A stretch of DNA of 64,000 bases, taken from positions 2,604,001 through 2,668,000 of the forward strand of contig OY986947.1 of the NCBI GenBank assembly GCA_963920595.1, read 5' to 3'. A model generated the notes under the pieces. The model was not told where the DNA came from. It saw only the letters and a program-made list of their open reading frames with translations, and did no database searches. The translations under genes and the position numbers were made by a program. The first letter of the stretch is position 1, and every line of letters begins with the position of its first letter. Below are positions 55,728-64,000 of this stretch, piece after piece. Source of the DNA: Eimeria praecox (lineage: Eukaryota).

Positions 55728-56565
55728 AACAACAATAACAAACAGTATGAAGTCGTCTTTGTTTCTTTCTTTGCTTTCTACATATCTAATATGTATAAAA
55801 ATAAACAATTATACACGTAAAAACAATAAAATAAATAAAATAAACAGAATTCAACACCAACAAATGTTAAAATGTAGCTGCACATACACCCGAGCTCAGC
55901 ATACACCTGAAACCCATACGGTGTATAATAGCCAAAACATTAAGCAAATATATATATAAATATATATAAATATATATATTTTGAAAGCTTTTATTTATAA
56001 AAGAATATATAAATATAAATAATATATTTGTTTTAGTGTATTTAAACAAATAAATCCCACAAATTATACTTTCTACTTTTTTTTTTGGGGCTTTCTGTTT
56101 TATTATATGTCGTCTGCTGCTGCTGTGATCAGGAAGGCAAAGCCTCTGTCTCATTTGTATGATATATATTAATAAATATATTAATAAATATATTAATATT
56201 TATTTATTTATTTATTTATTTATATTTATATTTTTATATAATTAAATCTAATTTAATCCATAGAAGAACATACGAAATACCTTCGTGTTTTTTCTATTTA
56301 TTCTATGCTTGCTCGCTCCAAAGAAACACAACAACATATTATACAATATAATAATAATAATATTATATTATATTATATTATAATATTATATTATATTATA
56401 TTATATTATGCTGTATCTCCTTTTCAAGTTAATTGCTGCTGCCTGTTATCTCTTATTGCTGCAGCATTGCAGCAGCAGCAGCAACAACAACAAAAGAAGA
56501 AAAACACAGTCTGCTGCTCCTGCTGCTGCTGCTCCTGCTGCTGCTGCTACTGGTGCTGCTGCTAC

Positions 56566-56599
<34 letters not shown>

Positions 56600-56603
56600 G
56601 CTA

Positions 56604-56635
<32 letters not shown>

Positions 56636-57271
56636 GCTGCTACTGCTGCTGCTGCTGCTGTTACTGCTGCTGCTGCTACTGCTGCTGCTCCTGATCTGCC
56701 TACTGCTGCTGCTGCTGCAGTTATTGCTGCTGCTGCTGCTGAAAGGCGTTTTGAAGGAGACGGAAGGAGACAGGGAGATATATTATATTATATAATTATT
56801 ATATATATTATATTATTTTTATATTATTATTATATTATATTATTATTATTTCTTCATCTACTTAGTTAATTATTTTTATTTAATTTACTTCAAAGAAAAA
56901 AAAAACAAAAATATTTTTTTGTATTAATTTATAAAAATAACAAAAAAAGAAACAAATTTTTTATCTTTAAACAAATAATAAATAATTATAAACAAAGTAA
57001 TTACAGCATTTATTTTATTGCTTTATTATTTTATTATTTTATTATTTCATTATTTCATTATTTTATTATTTTATTATTTTATTATATAAATAATAATAAT
57101 AATACATAAAGACATGCTTAGAACTCTATCCGTCTCTTCTTCCATCCAACTAACAGCAGCAGCAGCAGCAACTAACAGCAGCAGCAGCAGCAGCAGCATA
57201 CAGCAGCAAAGTAGGAATATTTGTATACAACCAAATCAAATAAAACATCTAGAGGCTTCGTATCCAACACA

Positions 57272-57618
57272 AGCTACAGCTAGCTACAGCTAGCTACAGC
57301 TAGCTACAGCTAGCTACAGCTAGCTGTGAGTGATGGGGGTGTTATTTGTTTAGGGTTTAGGGTTTAGGGTTTAGTTTTTGTTTATATTGAACTATCTTAA
57401 ACTGTTTTGTTTGTCTTCTTCTTCGCTGCTGCTGATAAGCAATTCTTCTATTCGACGCCTGCAGCTAGCTACAGCTAGCTACAGCTAGCTACATCTAGCT
57501 ACATCTAGCTACAGCTAGCTACAGCTAGCTACAGCTAGCTAGCCACCGCCGGGCGTAGTTCGTTACATGTTCTCACAGCTAGCTGCAGGTAGCTGCAGCT
57601 AGCTGCAGCTAGCTGCTC
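57272..57618. repeat. (AGCTACAGCT)n / AGCT repeat island with a short GGGTTTA run
   Basis: Decamer arrays at about 57272-57325, 57462-57543 and 57577-57616; GGGTTTA at about 57352-57374. Confidence 0.85.
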
Positions 57619-57679
57619 TAGATCAGAAGACCTTCGACGTAACTTAAGATGCAGCTGCAGCAGCAGCAGCAGCTGCTGC

Positions 57680-57721
<42 letters not shown>

Positions 57722-57839
57722 GAAAGGAGACAAAGAGACTAAATGATAGTTGGGGTGTATGTGCATGAATGCACAGACAGAAACAAAGAAGCATCTGCTT
57801 CTCCCTCTTCCACTCACTCTCACGGCTGCTGCTGCTGCT

Positions 57840-57884
<45 letters not shown>

Positions 57885-57905
57885 CTAGTAGTAGAAGCTG
57901 CTGCT

Positions 57906-57939
<34 letters not shown>

Positions 57940-57945
57940 AAGCCG

Positions 57946-61755
<3,810 letters not shown>

Positions 61756-61765
61756 AAGCTGCTGC

Positions 61766-61818
<53 letters not shown>

Positions 61819-61887
61819 TTGCTGCTGCAGCCCCTCTTTCTGCAGCCTCCAGCGTTGCAGCTGTTGGCCTTCCTGATAGATTTCGCA

Positions 61888-62002
<115 letters not shown>

Positions 62003-62194
62003 GGGCCCCCGTCGTCGGCGGCGGGGACGGCCGGCTCTAGGGATTATATGTGTTGTTTTATCTACGTATTTTTAATTTAATTTAATTTAATTGTTTAAAT
62101 AAAAACTAATTATATTTAAAATACAAAAGAGGAGAGAAGATATAGAAGATATAACGTTCGGGGTTGCTCTCTTGGAGGGAGCCCCTACATCTCC

Positions 62195-62252
<58 letters not shown>

Positions 62253-62534
62253 ATCTGCTGCTCTCAATTTATTATCTCGAAGGGTTTTACTTCTTTCTCT
62301 ACTAAAAACACAGCGGGGACTCATTACTTGAAGAACACCATCGCAGGCTTTGCTGCTGCTGCTGCTGCTGCAGCTGCTGCTGCTGCTGCTGCTGCTGGTT
62401 GTCGACTCGGCAGCAGCACAGCCGGTGCAGCAGCAAGGCAGCAGCAGCAGCAGATACATCCATACAAGCAGGATCAGCAGCAGCAGCAACAACACTAGCA
62501 GCAACAGCAACAACAGCAGCAAGAGCAGCAGCAA

Positions 62535-62568
<34 letters not shown>

Positions 62569-62775
62569 TGCTGCAACAGCAGCAGTGCTGCTGCAGCCGG
62601 GAGCCGACAGGTATAGAGGAGTGAATGGCTTCTCTACAACAGATTATTCTTTGCTGCAGCAGCAGCAGAGCAGCAGCAGCAGCTGCTGCTGCTGAACGTA
62701 CAGCAGCAACAGCAGCAGCAACAGCAGCATACATGCAGCAACAGCGGCTGCAGCAGGAAGGACAACCACATCCGC

Positions 62776-62809
<34 letters not shown>

Positions 62810-63177
62810 GCAGCAAGATGGCTGAGTGCGAGCTGCTGCAGAGCATTGCTGCTGAAGCAGCCAGCTGCTGCATCAGAGACGAAGGAGAGGTAATTGAGCT
62901 GTCTGTACACCCGAATCCACGTTGTTGTTGCTGCTGCTGTTGCTGCTGCTGCTGTTGCTGTTGCTGCTGCTGTTGCCGTTGTTGCTGCTCCTCCTCCTAC
63001 CCTTTGCTCTATTCCGCATGCGCTCGCTCATGCTGCTGCTGCTGTTGCTGCTGCTGCTCTTTCTAATGCTCCCGTTGCTGCATGTATGTGGGGACCTGTT
63101 GCTGCTGCTGCTGCTGCTGTTTGCTGTCTTTGTGTGGTGCTGCAGCTAGGCGCTGCTGCTGCTGCATCTCTGAGCAG

Positions 63178-63445
63178 TTTGCTGCAGACTGTGGGGCCGC
63201 TGCTGCTGCGTCGTGTGGCAGCAGAAGCAGATCTGCTGCTGCTAGACTGCAGCGTGCATGCAGCAGGAGCAGCAGCAGGAGCAGCAGCAGGAGCAGCAGC
63301 AGCAGCAGCAGCAGCAGACAGACGGCTAAGACAGTTGCTGGATGTGCTGCTGCTGCTGCAGCAGCAGCTGCCGCTGGTGCTGCAGCAGCGATTGTGTTCT
63401 TTCATCGCGTTGCAGGTGTTTCCTGTGCCCCCAGTATATAAAAGA

Positions 63446-63496
<51 letters not shown>

Positions 63497-63697
63497 TTCA
63501 CATCTTCTGCTGTTAGACCTTCCCCCTTTGTTGGAGGCCGCCCTTCCCTCCATCGTTCTTTCTCTTCAGGAGACGATGCTGGTTTTGCTGCTCCCACAGC
63601 AGCAGCAGCAGCTGCTGCTGCTGCTGCTGCAGCAGCAGCAGCAACAGCAGGAACTGTAAGGAGGCCCCTGCGACGGACCCTCGCATCGCTGCAGCAG

Positions 63698-63743
<46 letters not shown>

Positions 63744-63901
63744 GCTTGCTGCTGAATGGAGCTCCCTGCAGCAGCTTCCGTACGCAGCAGCAGCTAGCAG
63801 CAGCAGCAGCAGCAGCAGCAACCGACGAGTATTGGGCAGGTGCATCTCTTCCGGCTGCTGCTGCTGCTGCTGCTGCGCCTATTCCTGCAACAGCCACAGC
63901 A

Positions 63902-63932
<31 letters not shown>

Positions 63933-64000
63933 AGCAGCCGCAGCAGCGAGCGAACCTAGCACAGCGATTTCAACAGGCAGGAGATGTATTTTCTCCTAGA
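63178..64000 (+). CDS. Partial hypothetical homopolymer-rich protein exon running off the window
   Basis: After the AG at 63176-77 the frame LLQTVGPLLLRRVAAEADLL...RANLAQRFQQAGDVFSPR is open to the window end. A candidate upstream exon ends at 62889 (GTAATT donor). Confidence 0.5.

Overview
Eukaryotic, intron-rich DNA with the repeat signature of a coccidian apicomplexan, most likely Eimeria: CAG/CTG runs encoding homopolymeric amino acids, TGCATGCA octamers, interstitial AAACCCT repeats and AT microsatellites. The genus is inferred. Splicing by hand (GT-AG junctions, phase-checked) gives: a large repeat-rich protein (possibly URB2/Npa2-like), an 8-exon helical-repeat/RAP-like protein, a 7-exon S-adenosylmethionine synthetase (400 aa), a 10-exon alkyl-DHAP synthase (669 aa), a TMEM14-like protein, a divergent ERD2/KDEL-receptor-like gene, an Integrator subunit 9-like ORF and a partial gene at the right edge. 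The most notable observations are four. (i) Four in-frame 33-nt copies of an AGPS exon end, each with its own AG and GT, lie inside one intron. (ii) The SAM synthetase has a 3'UTR hairpin with an ACAGAA loop just after the stop, plus an 82-bp perfect palindrome in its last intron, reminiscent of METTL16/MAT2A SAM sensing. (iii) A GGTGTAnnTACACC palindrome is dispersed through exons, introns and intergenic DNA. (iv) An array of head-to-head telomere-like palindromes sits in an intron. Most short ORFs in the supplied track are repeat artefacts. No database searches were run; family calls rest on remembered motifs.
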